In this document: one piece after another, positions 1 through 8,770 of the stretch
How the letters are laid out: every line of letters starts with the position of its first letter
How positions within the stretch are numbered: position 1 is the first letter of the stretch
Source: Candidatus Aminicenantes bacterium
Lineage (GTDB): Bacteria; Acidobacteriota; Aminicenantia; UBA2199
Assembly: GCA_026393835.1 (NCBI GenBank)
Contig: JAPKZK010000020.1
Location: 13,034-77,033, forward strand
Length of the DNA stretch: 64,000 nt
Direction of reading: 5' to 3'
The notes under the pieces: model-generated
What the model was told of the DNA's origin: nothing
Databases searched by the model: none
The model's input: the letters and a program-made list of their open reading frames with translations, nothing else
Position numbers and translations under genes: made by a program

Positions 1-1372
1 CGCGAATTTCCGCGTAAAGCTCATCGATATTTCTACTATCCAGTACCGTCATAGAGAGCAGCACCTGGGCCAGCACATCCAGCGGGGCTTCGATGGGGGC
101 GATGGCTTCGATGGCTTCGTTGTCGATATTAGCGGCGATCACTGCCGCTTCCACCAGGTTGCGGGTATGCAGGGGAAAGAATACCCCGCGCGACGCCTGG
201 CCCACGCCGTGACCGGAACGGCCGATGCGTTGAACCGTGGTTGCAATGGAAAAGGGGGCCTGGATCAACACCACTTCATCCACGGAACCGATATCGATGC
301 CCAGTTCCAGGGAACTGGTGGCAATAATGGCTGCCAACTCGCCATCTTTGAAGCGTTTTTCCACCACCGAGCGGATTTCTTTGGAAAGGGAGCCGTGGTG
401 GGAGTAGACCCTGGGGCCTTCGGTTTCATTGAGAAAGCGGGCCACTTTTTCCACCATGCGCCGGCTGTTGGCGAAGAATAAGGACGAGCGATTTTTCATA
501 ATTTCCCGGCGTAGGGCGTCGGTCAGCGTCGACCACCAGAACTGGGAGTCCGTCGCGTCCGGATGACGGATGCTGCCTGGAGTGTCCGCTGTTTCGCCTG
601 TTTCCGGGAAATCCACGCGGATATCATATCTCTTTTTAATATCGGAGCGGATGATGGAGACGCGACGTTTTTGGTATTCATAGATCCCGTTGATTACTTT
701 TATTTCATAGCCGCCGATAAAATCAGCGGCCAGTTCCAGCGGTTTTACCGTAGCCGACAGGGCAATTCGTTGAAACTCGCCGCACAGGGGAACCAGGCGT
801 TCTACGGCTGTTGCCAGGTACGCGCCCCGTTTAGTGGGGGCGACCGCGTGGATTTCGTCCAGTATGACGACAGCGATGCCCGATAGCAATCTCTGGCCGC
901 TTTTGGAGGACAGCAGGACGTTCAGGCTTTCGGGGGTAGTAATCAGGATTTCCGGGGGATGGCGCAGCATCTGGCGGCGTTCCGACGGTTCCGTATCGCC
1001 GGAGCGGACTGCGGTTCGTATTTCCGGGAAGGTTTCTCCCGCGTCGGCAAAATATTTTCGTAGTTCTGCCAGGGGTGTTTCCAGGTTGCGTTGGATATCG
1101 TTGTTTAGGGCTTTAAGTGGGGAGATGTACAGCACCCTCATCGTTTCCGGCGGTTGGCGGTTGACCAGGAAGTTATTAATGGCCCATAGGAAAGCGGTCA
1201 GGGTTTTGCCGCTGCCGGTGGGGGCGGAGACCAGGGCATGGCGTTGTTTAGCGATTTCCGGCCAGGCGCGGGTTTGGATATCGGTGGGGGTTCCCACCCG
1301 TTCCGTGAACCATTTTCGGATCAAGGGATGGAAAAGGTTTAACGCATCGGTTGTTTCTATTTCTTTATTCAT
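1..1372 (-). CDS. lhr: Lhr-like DEAD/DEAH-box ATP-dependent helicase, N-terminal part (3' end runs off the window)
   Basis: Absent from the ORF track because it is open to the window edge. Reverse-strand translation from ATG (1372..1370) reads MNKEIETTDALNLFHPLIRKWF..., then SAPTGSGKT (Walker A), VILDEIH (DExH) and SATV. The + strand ORFs 167..481, 563..886 and 834..1448 are shadow frames of this gene. Confidence 0.85.
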   Translation of the reverse strand, partial: MNKEIETTDALNLFHPLIRKWFTERVGTPTDIQTRAWPEIAKQRHALVSAPTGSGKTLTAFLWAINNFLVNRQPPETMRVLYISPLKALNNDIQRNLETPLAELRKYFADAGETFPEIRTAVRSGDTEPSERRQMLRHPPEILITTPESLNVLLSSKSGQRLLSGIAVVILDEIHAVAPTKRGAYLATAVERLVPLCGEFQRIALSATVKPLELAADFIGGYEIKVINGIYEYQKRRVSIIRSDIKKRYDIRVDFPETGETADTPGSIRHPDATDSQFWWSTLTDALRREIMKNRSSLFFANSRRMVEKVARFLNETEGPRVYSHHGSLSKEIRSVVEKRFKDGELAAIIATSSLELGIDIGSVDEVVLIQAPFSIATTVQRIGRSGHGVGQASRGVFFPLHTRNLVEAAVIAANIDNEAIEAIAPIEAPLDVLAQVLLSMTVLDSRNIDELYAEIR

Positions 1373-1466
1373 CATTATCTCGGTATTTCAAAGCGCTTCA
1401 AAAAAATTATATCACACATTTGAAAAGAGAGATAGTATTGTGGTATGATTATGTCGGAGGTATTTT

Positions 1467-2066
1467 ATGGGATTAGCATTGAGAAAAGAAGTAGAAAGAT
1501 TTACCTATGGCGATTATCTATCATGGGATGATAGCGAGCGTTGGGAAATTATCGGAGGGGAAGTTTACAACATGACTCCGGCCCCCAATACCGCTCATCA
1601 ATCGATTCTCGTGGAATTGATTTTTCAGTTCAAAAGTCAACTTCAAGGAAAACCTTGTCAGGTTTTCGCTGCTCCTTTCGATGTTCGTTTGCCGGTGGGG
1701 AAGGAGAAAGAGGAAGATATCGAAAACATTGTGCAGCCGGATATTATGATTGTTTGCGACGCAAAGAAATTGGATAAAAAGGGCTGCCTGGGGGCGCCGG
1801 ATATGATAATCGAAATTCTTTCTCCATCTACTTCCAGGAAGGACCGGAAGGAGAAGTTTTTTCTTTACGAGCGGGTGGGGGTCAAAGAGTATTGGTTAGT
1901 ATCGCCGGATGAAAAATTGGTAGAGGTTTTTCGGTTGGGTCCCGGGGGAAAGTATGGCCGGCCGGAGATATATTGTGAGACCGACAAGGTTCAATTGGGT
2001 ATTCTCAAAGAAATCACCATCGATTTAAGTGCGGTTTTCAGTATTGAAGTTTCAATATCAAAATAA
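1467..2066 (+). CDS. Uma2-family (DUF820) putative restriction-endonuclease-like protein
   Basis: 199 aa. N-terminal FTYGDYLSWDDSERWEIIGGEVY..MTPAPNTAHQ and PDIMIVC...PDMIIEILSPST..D...K...Y...GVKEYWLV are typical of the Uma2 PD-(D/E)xK-like family. Confidence 0.8.
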   Translation: MGLALRKEVERFTYGDYLSWDDSERWEIIGGEVYNMTPAPNTAHQSILVELIFQFKSQLQGKPCQVFAAPFDVRLPVGKEKEEDIENIVQPDIMIVCDAKKLDKKGCLGAPDMIIEILSPSTSRKDRKEKFFLYERVGVKEYWLVSPDEKLVEVFRLGPGGKYGRPEIYCETDKVQLGILKEITIDLSAVFSIEVSISK

Positions 2067-2138
2067 TAGTACCCATTGCATTGTGTTTCTATTTTTTATA
2101 AAATTACCTATGACAAATCAAAAAAGTAGGAGAATCCA

Positions 2139-5100
2139 ATGAATAAGCTTATCATTTTCTTATTAACAATTTTTTTCCTCTTCCCCGGTGCATTACTAAC
2201 CGGCGAAAAGGGCGAAAAAGGCGAAAAAGGAAAGGATAAACCCGGTCCCTATACCGGTTTGGCATTCAGGAACATTGGCCCCGCCTTGATGTCGGGGCGT
2301 ATCAGTGATATTGCCATTCATCCTGATGATCGGCGCACGTGGTACATTGCCGTCGGTTCCGGTGGCGTATGGAAAACCGAAAATGCCGGCACCACCTGGA
2401 CCCCGATTTTCGACAATCAAACTTCTTATTCCATCGGCTGCGTTACTCTTGATCCCAATAACCCCGATACCGTGTGGGTGGGCACCGGTGAGAACGTCAG
2501 CGGTCGCCATGTGGGTTTCGGCGACGGCATATATAAAAGCCTTAATGGTGGAAAAACCTGGAAAAACATGGGCCTGAAGAATTCGGAACATATTTCCAGG
2601 ATACGAGTAGACCCCCGCGATTCCAACGTCATCTATGCGGCAGCCGAAGGCCCCTTATGGGCGCCCGGCGGCGACCGCGGCCTGTTCAAAAGCAGCGACG
2701 GCGGCGAGACCTGGATTCTCTCCCTTAAAATCGGTGAAAATACCGGGACCACGGATGTGGCCATGGATTCCGGCAACCCGGATATTCTCTACGCCGCCGC
2801 TTACCAGAGACGCCGGAGTGTGGCCGCGTTTCTCGGCGGGGGCCCGGAATCCGGGATTTATAAAACCACGGACGCCGGTAAAAACTGGCGCAAATTAACC
2901 GTCGGTCTCCCCGGCGGCCATATGGGAAAAATCGGCCTTGCCGTTTCACCCATGAAACCCGGCGTGGTCTATGCCACCATCGAAGCCCCGGAAGAAGAGA
3001 AAGGTTTTTACCGTTCCACCAACAGGGGCGAAAGCTGGGAAAAGCGCAGCAGTTATATCAGCGGCGGCACCGGTCCCCATTATTACCAGGAAATCTACGC
3101 CGATCCCCACCAATTTGACCGCGTGTACCAGATGGATGTGTGGATGAACGTTACCCACGACGGCGGGAAAACCTTCCAGGGGGTGGGCGAGAAGTATAAA
3201 CATTCGGACAATCATGCATTGGCCTTTGATCCCCATGATCCCGATTATTTGTTGGCGGGAACCGACGGCGGACTGTACGAGACCTGGGACCGCTGCCAGA
3301 CCTGGAAATTCACGGCCAATCTCCCGGTAACGCAATTTTACAAGATCGCCCTGGATAATGCGCTGCCGTTCTATAACATTCACGGCGGGACCCAGGACAA
3401 CGGTTGCCAGATGGGGCCTTCGCAAACCCTCACTGAGAATGGAATCGCCAACAGCGATTGGTTTCTCACTTCCTCCGCCGACGGTTACGCCTGCGCCATC
3501 GATCAGGAAGACCCCAATATCATCTACTGCGAGTCGCAGGTGGGCAACCTGGAGCGCTATGATAAAAAGAGCGGCGAATCGGCGGCCGTCCAACCCCAGC
3601 CGGAGAAAGGCGAAGCGCCGCCCCGTTGGAACTGGGATTCGCCGCTGCTCATCAGCCCGCATTCGCACACCCGGCTCTACTTCGGTTCGCAGCGGCTTTA
3701 TCGCAGCGATGACCGCGGCGATACCTGGACGCCCATCAGCCCGGACCTCTCTCGCGGCATTTTCCGCTACAACCAGGAAATCATGGGTAAACTCCGGAGC
3801 GTCGATTCCCTCTGGGACCACGACGCCATGTCTTTTTACGGAAACCTTACCGCCCTTTCCGAATCCCCCCTCCGGGAAGGGTTAATATACGCGGGTTCGG
3901 ATGACGGATTGGTCCAGGTAACCGAAGACGGCGGCAAGAACTGGCGCAAAATCGATAAATTCCCCGGCGTCCCGGAATTTTCTTTTGTCAATGATATCAG
4001 GGCCTCGAAACATGACGTTGACGTCGTGTTTGTTGTTTTCGATAACCACAAGCGGGGCGACTTTAAGCCTTATATTTTGAAAAGCAGCGATCGCGGGCGA
4101 ACCTGGACGTCTATTACCGGCGACCTGCCGGACCGGCATTTAACCTGGTCCATTGTCCAGGACCATGTGAAACCCGGGCTGTTATTTGTCGGAACCGAGT
4201 TCGGCATTTTCTTCACCCTGGACGGCGGTATGCGCTGGATCAAATTAACAGGCGGGCTTCCCACCATTTCTTTCCGCGACCTTGAAATCCAGGAGCGGGA
4301 AACCGACCTGGTGGGGGCGTCGTTCGGGAGGGGAATCTATATCTTAGACGATTATTCCCCGCTGCGCCAGGTAACGCCGGAGTTATTGGCAAAGGAAGCC
4401 GTGCTTTTCCCGGTTAAAAAGGCCTTGATGTATATTCCACGGAGCCCGTTGGGCGGCAGGGAAAAGGCGGACCAGGGGCATGCGTTTTTCACAGCGCCCA
4501 ATCCCCCGTTCGGCGCGGTATTTACCTATTATTTGAAAGATTCATTGCAAACCCGTAAGCAGCAGCGCCGGGAAAAAGAGAAAAAACTTGAAGCGGAAGG
4601 CAAATCCGTGCCTTTCCCCGGTTGGGATGAATTGCGGCTGGAGGATCAGGAAGGGCCGCCTGCCGTCATTTTGACCATAAAAGACCGGGACGGCCAGGTG
4701 GTGCGCCGCATTACCGGTCCGGTGGACAGCGGTTTGCACCGGGTGGCCTGGGATTTACGTTACCCCGCGGTGAATCCCACCCGGCTCAGCGATTCGGAGT
4801 CACTTCCCTGGTATAGGCATGCCGAAGGACCGTTGGCGGCGCCGGGAACATTCAGCGTCGATATTGCCCGAAGGGTAGATGGGGTATCGACGCCGTTAGC
4901 AGAACCGCAAACCTTTGTAGTGGAGTCGTTGGGTCTTGCCTCCCTGCCGGCAAAAGATAGGAATGAGCTCCTGGCTTTCCAGGCCAAAGCTGGCCAATTG
5001 CAGCGGGCCATGATGGGGACCGGCGCGGCGGCAAGAGAAGCGGCTGATCGTTTGAAATTCATAAAAAAAGCGCTCCTGGATACCCCCAAAGCAGACCCAC

Positions 5101-5435
5101 GGCTGCTTAACGAAGCCGATGCCCTTGAGAAACGTCTTAAGGAAATGACCGAAGAACTCAATGGCGATCAGACCCTCAGGAGTCGCAGTGAACCTATGTC
5201 GCCTTCGCTCATCCGTCGTGTGAGTGCGCAGTTGAACACCACGGCCCCGATTACTACGACGGGTAAACGCAATTACGAGATTGCGGCCGCGGATTTCGCC
5301 GTGTTGGAGGAAAAGTTTAGGCAATTGATCGAAGTGGAGCTAAAGAAGCTTGAGCAGGATGTGGAAGCGGCCGGCGCGCCCTGGACCCCGGGACGCGGCG
5401 TCCCCCGGTGGAAAGATATAGGAAAAAACTTGTAA
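2139..5435 (+). CDS. Secreted sortilin/VPS10-type BNR-repeat beta-propeller protein (glycosyl-hydrolase-like), paralogue 1
   Basis: 1098 aa with an N-terminal signal peptide (MNKLIIFLLTIFFLFPGALL). Repeated S-x-D-x-G-x-T-W (BNR/Asp-box) motifs are present (SLNGGKTW, SSDGGETW, TTDAGKNW, THDGGKTF, TEDGGKNW, SSDRGRTW). Clear paralogue of 18249..20945. Confidence 0.75.
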   Translation: MNKLIIFLLTIFFLFPGALLTGEKGEKGEKGKDKPGPYTGLAFRNIGPALMSGRISDIAIHPDDRRTWYIAVGSGGVWKTENAGTTWTPIFDNQTSYSIGCVTLDPNNPDTVWVGTGENVSGRHVGFGDGIYKSLNGGKTWKNMGLKNSEHISRIRVDPRDSNVIYAAAEGPLWAPGGDRGLFKSSDGGETWILSLKIGENTGTTDVAMDSGNPDILYAAAYQRRRSVAAFLGGGPESGIYKTTDAGKNWRKLTVGLPGGHMGKIGLAVSPMKPGVVYATIEAPEEEKGFYRSTNRGESWEKRSSYISGGTGPHYYQEIYADPHQFDRVYQMDVWMNVTHDGGKTFQGVGEKYKHSDNHALAFDPHDPDYLLAGTDGGLYETWDRCQTWKFTANLPVTQFYKIALDNALPFYNIHGGTQDNGCQMGPSQTLTENGIANSDWFLTSSADGYACAIDQEDPNIIYCESQVGNLERYDKKSGESAAVQPQPEKGEAPPRWNWDSPLLISPHSHTRLYFGSQRLYRSDDRGDTWTPISPDLSRGIFRYNQEIMGKLRSVDSLWDHDAMSFYGNLTALSESPLREGLIYAGSDDGLVQVTEDGGKNWRKIDKFPGVPEFSFVNDIRASKHDVDVVFVVFDNHKRGDFKPYILKSSDRGRTWTSITGDLPDRHLTWSIVQDHVKPGLLFVGTEFGIFFTLDGGMRWIKLTGGLPTISFRDLEIQERETDLVGASFGRGIYILDDYSPLRQVTPELLAKEAVLFPVKKALMYIPRSPLGGREKADQGHAFFTAPNPPFGAVFTYYLKDSLQTRKQQRREKEKKLEAEGKSVPFPGWDELRLEDQEGPPAVILTIKDRDGQVVRRITGPVDSGLHRVAWDLRYPAVNPTRLSDSESLPWYRHAEGPLAAPGTFSVDIARRVDGVSTPLAEPQTFVVESLGLASLPAKDRNELLAFQAKAGQLQRAMMGTGAAAREAADRLKFIKKALLDTPKADPRLLNEADALEKRLKEMTEELNGDQTLRSRSEPMSPSLIRRVSAQLNTTAPITTTGKRNYEIAAADFAVLEEKFRQLIEVELKKLEQDVEAAGAPWTPGRGVPRWKDIGKNL

Positions 5436-5440
5436 TAAAA

Positions 5441-5492
5441 AATTTTGGGAAGTCCAGAAACCTTTTTATAAAAAGGTTTCTGGTCGTCGAAG
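5441..5492 (+). terminator. Conserved hairpin element, copy 1 (AAAAnTTTGGGAAGTCCAGAAACC..loop..GGTTTCTGGTCGTCGAAG), probable intrinsic terminator
   Basis: A perfect 14-bp stem ccagaaaccttttt/aaaaaggtttctgg lies directly after the stop of 2139..5435. The same flanks recur at 18167..18243 (opposite strand), and a variant is at 62305..62362. Confidence 0.55.
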
Positions 5493-5870
5493 ACAATACT
5501 TTACAGTAGACTTTTCTTTTCTTTCAAACAGACCTTCGGCGCCGAATATCCAGGAAATGCATTAACTTAATCTGTTGTTTTTGGGCAAGTGCCTTCGGTT
5601 CCAAGACACCAAAACTCCGACTTGTCTCCTTATAACATTTATTATTCATAGCCACAAAGGCACGAAGGGAAAAGATAGAAGAGAAGAAGCGAAGAGCGGC
5701 TAAACCTGTTTTCCTATCTACGCGAACTGCGCATTCTTTACAGTCAAATCCTTCCGATACTCAGCAAACCAACTGTCCTTGATATACCGGCTTACTCGCG
5801 GCTCTTAATTCCTCATCGGCATATAGGTTCCGCAGCAGACGCTCCATATCCACTTTATCCAATTCTTCCC

Positions 5871-6284
5871 TTATTTTAAAAAATTGGAAATACTTTCACT
5901 TAATTCTTTTTTTTGAGATGCCTTTATTTCACATTGCCATATGATCATATATTTCCAGCAAAGGAGTTCCAGCCGCTTATAATTCGCTCTGTCTCTTTCG
6001 GCATTACCGGTAAGTTTTTTTTTCCAGAAATCGGCATTTGCAGTAGGTAAAGCGGAACGTTTACATCCCTCATGCCCATGCCAAAAACAACCGTGCACAA
6101 ATATTACTTTTTTATACTTTGTAAAAACCAAATCCGGGTTTCCCGGCAAATCTTTTTTATGTAAGCGGTATCGATATCCCATTGAGTGAACCAATTTCCG
6201 GATAAAGACTTCCTGTTTTGAACCTGTCGGTTTAATTTTTCTCATTATTTCCGAGCGTTTTTCGGGTGGGAAAATATCAGTCAC
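5871..6284 (-). CDS. vsr: Very-short-patch repair endonuclease Vsr
   Basis: 137 aa. RSEIMRKIK, PDLVF...KVIFVHGCFWHGH and ...FW..K...N..RD match Vsr. It overlaps the upstream C5-MTase by 8 nt, the classical dcm-vsr arrangement. Confidence 0.9.
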   Translation of the reverse strand: MTDIFPPEKRSEIMRKIKPTGSKQEVFIRKLVHSMGYRYRLHKKDLPGNPDLVFTKYKKVIFVHGCFWHGHEGCKRSALPTANADFWKKKLTGNAERDRANYKRLELLCWKYMIIWQCEIKASQKKELSESISNFLK

Positions 6285-7305
6285 GGTACTTCTCTAAATG
6301 GGAGATTATGTTTTTACTTTGAATATAGCTGAACTTCGGCGGTAAGGCATTTCCGATCAATAAGGCTATCGAGGTTTTGGATATATTCGTGGGGAATCGA
6401 TAATCTGGCGGAAACGTCTGCAATAAAGATGCTTCCCTGGCGGAAATAACCCGGTTCTCTTCCGGGTGTAAGAATCTGCCTTTGGAGGGATTCAAGCACC
6501 CGCTTGTTATTGTAGATGAGTAATCATCCCATCGTAAACGTCCATATACATCCTTAAATCCGACATTTTCTCGTTTATGGCATTTCAATATGAATTCAGC
6601 CGGTAAATCTGTCCTACTTCCCCCGTTTTTCGGTGTTTTTGTAATAATTTCCTTAACTTTTTGGGTATGGTTCGCCGTTATTCCATGAACGGGATCGTCG
6701 GTTCCTTGAACCGACTCAATGCCCCCGATAGTGTCTCTGACGGTCTTTCTTTCGCCGGTACCTTCGGCAACTTTCAATTCCAACTTTAGGGTCTTCAGCG
6801 CACCGACCAGTACGAGCCTTTTTCTTCTCTGCGGAACTCCGTAGGATTGGATATCCACAATCTCGACATTGACGGTATAGTATTTTTTAAGTTCGTCGCA
6901 CATTTCTTTAAAAAGGTCATAGTCTTTTAAACCCGGTACATTTTCCATCATAATTGTCGCGGGTTTTAAGCCTTTCACGAATCTTAAGAATTCCATAATC
7001 AGGTCGTTACGTTCGTCGGGGGCCGCTTTTTTTCGGTTGAGTCTTTTCATGGAGGAGAAGCCCTGGCAAGGCGGGCACCCAGCCAATAGGTGCGGTCTTT
7101 TACCGATCAATATCTTTTTCACGTCTTTTATTTTTAATTTCCGAATATCTTCTTGTAGAACCGTTGTTTCTGGGTGGTTCAGTTTATAAGTATTGACGGC
7201 ATCGGGGTCGATTTCGACGGCCAGTTCTACAGAAAACCCTGCCTGTTTCAAGCCTTCCGAAAGGCCACCGCAGCCGGAAAATAAATCAATTGCCGTGTAT
7301 CTCAT
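6277..7305 (-). CDS. dcm: DNA (cytosine-5)-methyltransferase
   Basis: 342 aa with motif I IDLFSGCGGLSEGL, motif IV GCPPCQGFS, motif VI MENVPGL, motif VIII QRRKRLVLVG and a C-terminal GNALPP. Confidence 0.9.
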   Translation of the reverse strand: MRYTAIDLFSGCGGLSEGLKQAGFSVELAVEIDPDAVNTYKLNHPETTVLQEDIRKLKIKDVKKILIGKRPHLLAGCPPCQGFSSMKRLNRKKAAPDERNDLIMEFLRFVKGLKPATIMMENVPGLKDYDLFKEMCDELKKYYTVNVEIVDIQSYGVPQRRKRLVLVGALKTLKLELKVAEGTGERKTVRDTIGGIESVQGTDDPVHGITANHTQKVKEIITKTPKNGGSRTDLPAEFILKCHKRENVGFKDVYGRLRWDDYSSTITSGCLNPSKGRFLHPEENRVISAREASLLQTFPPDYRFPTNISKTSIALLIGNALPPKFSYIQSKNIISHLEKYRD

Positions 7306-8770
7306 TTTCGAATATCTTTTTAAAATTTTTGGAAATTAAATCGGATACAACCTTCGGATAGTCTGGGGTTCCGTATCCGGATATTGTACTGAAAATATGC
7401 TGGATAAGGGGCGTTAAAAAGGGTTCGGATATTGTCGCGATTCTATTGAATTTGAAATCTCCAGCATATTTAAGGCTTCTTTCTTTTTTAGGAGTCGGAT
7501 TACCGTCTTCTTTCAATTCAATTTTTTGATTCATTAATTCTTGTGGGAAGAGTGAAAAATCTTTATAACCATTACTGCATTTTAGAAATGGTAATATCAA
7601 CATCCCTTTGATATATTCCGGGGAGGCTGAAAAGGAATTGAATTTTGCGTTGTCCATTAGTTTTTTTTTTTCTCGGGTCAGTGTGATTTGTTTTTTTAAA
7701 TGTTCATTGTCATTCTGTATTTCATGTATAGGGAGTAAATTTATATATCCGTAATTTTTGTGCCAAAATCTTGCCAAATCGCAATCGGCGGTAACGACTA
7801 TAAAGAATTTATTATCTTGTTCGAATATATCGCCCTTTCTGACGATATCGTCACTCGGGTTATAATAGAGCCTATATGCCCACAATTCTTGGGATATTTT
7901 ATCAATATTGGTCTTATTGTCGACTGGAAATTTACTCCGAGTATGTTCTAAGGCCGAAGATATTACATTATTTCTTATTTTTTCAGAAATCAAATCAAGC
8001 AATTGTTCCGATATTTCTCGATTTATCCCGCTATTTTTAAGGAATGCACATAATTCATCATCACAGACTAGATTGCCTTTTATCTTCTCTCCAATCATGT
8101 TTTTTAAATCGTCACTTATTTGTTCACCATTCCCCCCTAAAAGCTGCAACGTATCGTCAATATGCAATTCTCCCAATCGAATCAGTATCCTGTCCAATGC
8201 ATTTACCGTAGTTTTTCTTAATTGGCTACCGAATTTGAAAGAGAAATTCTCTTTATATAGAGCTCTTATTTTCGTCATTAGTTCAGTTGGGCTCGTTGAG
8301 TCTTTATTTAAATTGAGTTTATCGACATATTCCAATCTTTTTCTAAAACATTTAAATACATTATTATCTATTATTTTCTTAATTTCAATCTCTTTGTCGG
8401 CTCCTGAATAGATATATATATAAGAATAGCACTTATTTAATATTTCAAGTAATTTTTTTTCCTGGTCAATCGTAGGGGAAAAATCCCAATCGAAAATGAT
8501 GATTTCAACTCTAAGTAATTCTTTTTCATGGCTGTTTAAAAAAAACTCCGGATGGGTAAATGCATAAACATTCCAAATATAATCATTGCCTTCTTTCTCA
8601 TTCAAAAGTTTTGTAAATAATTCATATAAAGGAATCTCTTTTCCCCAATCCGCTTCTTCACTCAACAGTTTATGTAAAACAATTGAATTTAATAACGAAT
8701 TTTTTTTTATGTTGTGTGCGGCTGCAACTTGATTAATGCCGTCATCTATTATGCAGATTGAATATTGCAT
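7286..8770 (-). CDS. Hypothetical protein with an N-terminal receiver (REC)-like module and an uncharacterised C-terminal half (candidate effector)
   Basis: 494 aa, very AT-rich. ICIIDDG (aa 5-11), EIIIFDWDF (aa 89-97), YIYIYSGA (S122) and K140/K144 reproduce the DD...D...S/T...K spacing of receiver domains, with a ~40-aa insert after beta1. The C-terminal region contains GDIF..(9)..FIVVTADCDLARFWHK. I recognise no known nuclease family. It overlaps the neighbouring genes on both sides. Confidence 0.45.
   Translation of the reverse strand: MQYSICIIDDGINQVAAAHNIKKNSLLNSIVLHKLLSEEADWGKEIPLYELFTKLLNEKEGNDYIWNVYAFTHPEFFLNSHEKELLRVEIIIFDWDFSPTIDQEKKLLEILNKCYSYIYIYSGADKEIEIKKIIDNNVFKCFRKRLEYVDKLNLNKDSTSPTELMTKIRALYKENFSFKFGSQLRKTTVNALDRILIRLGELHIDDTLQLLGGNGEQISDDLKNMIGEKIKGNLVCDDELCAFLKNSGINREISEQLLDLISEKIRNNVISSALEHTRSKFPVDNKTNIDKISQELWAYRLYYNPSDDIVRKGDIFEQDNKFFIVVTADCDLARFWHKNYGYINLLPIHEIQNDNEHLKKQITLTREKKKLMDNAKFNSFSASPEYIKGMLILPFLKCSNGYKDFSLFPQELMNQKIELKEDGNPTPKKERSLKYAGDFKFNRIATISEPFLTPLIQHIFSTISGYGTPDYPKVVSDLISKNFKKIFENEIHGN

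Noticed and set aside
167-1448. The + strand ORFs 167..481, 563..886 and 834..1448 at the left edge
   Set aside because: They are shadow frames of the minus-strand Lhr-like helicase, whose translation gives clean Walker A and DExH motifs. The + strand products are low-complexity and Arg/Gly/Ala-rich.
2196-5324. Many antisense or alternative-frame ORFs inside the 1098-aa BNR gene (for example 2946..3821 minus and 3358..3885 plus), and likewise 18411..20870 inside the second BNR gene
   Set aside because: These are typical long shadow ORFs in GC-rich coding sequence. They have no motifs and biased Arg/Pro/Gly composition, and they lie fully inside well-supported genes.
5737-5868. A short minus-strand frame downstream of vsr reading ...EELDKVDMERLLRNLYADEELRAASKPVYQGQLVC
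   Set aside because: It is below 60 aa, with no start or RBS identified and no family recognised. It may be a gene remnant but cannot be supported.
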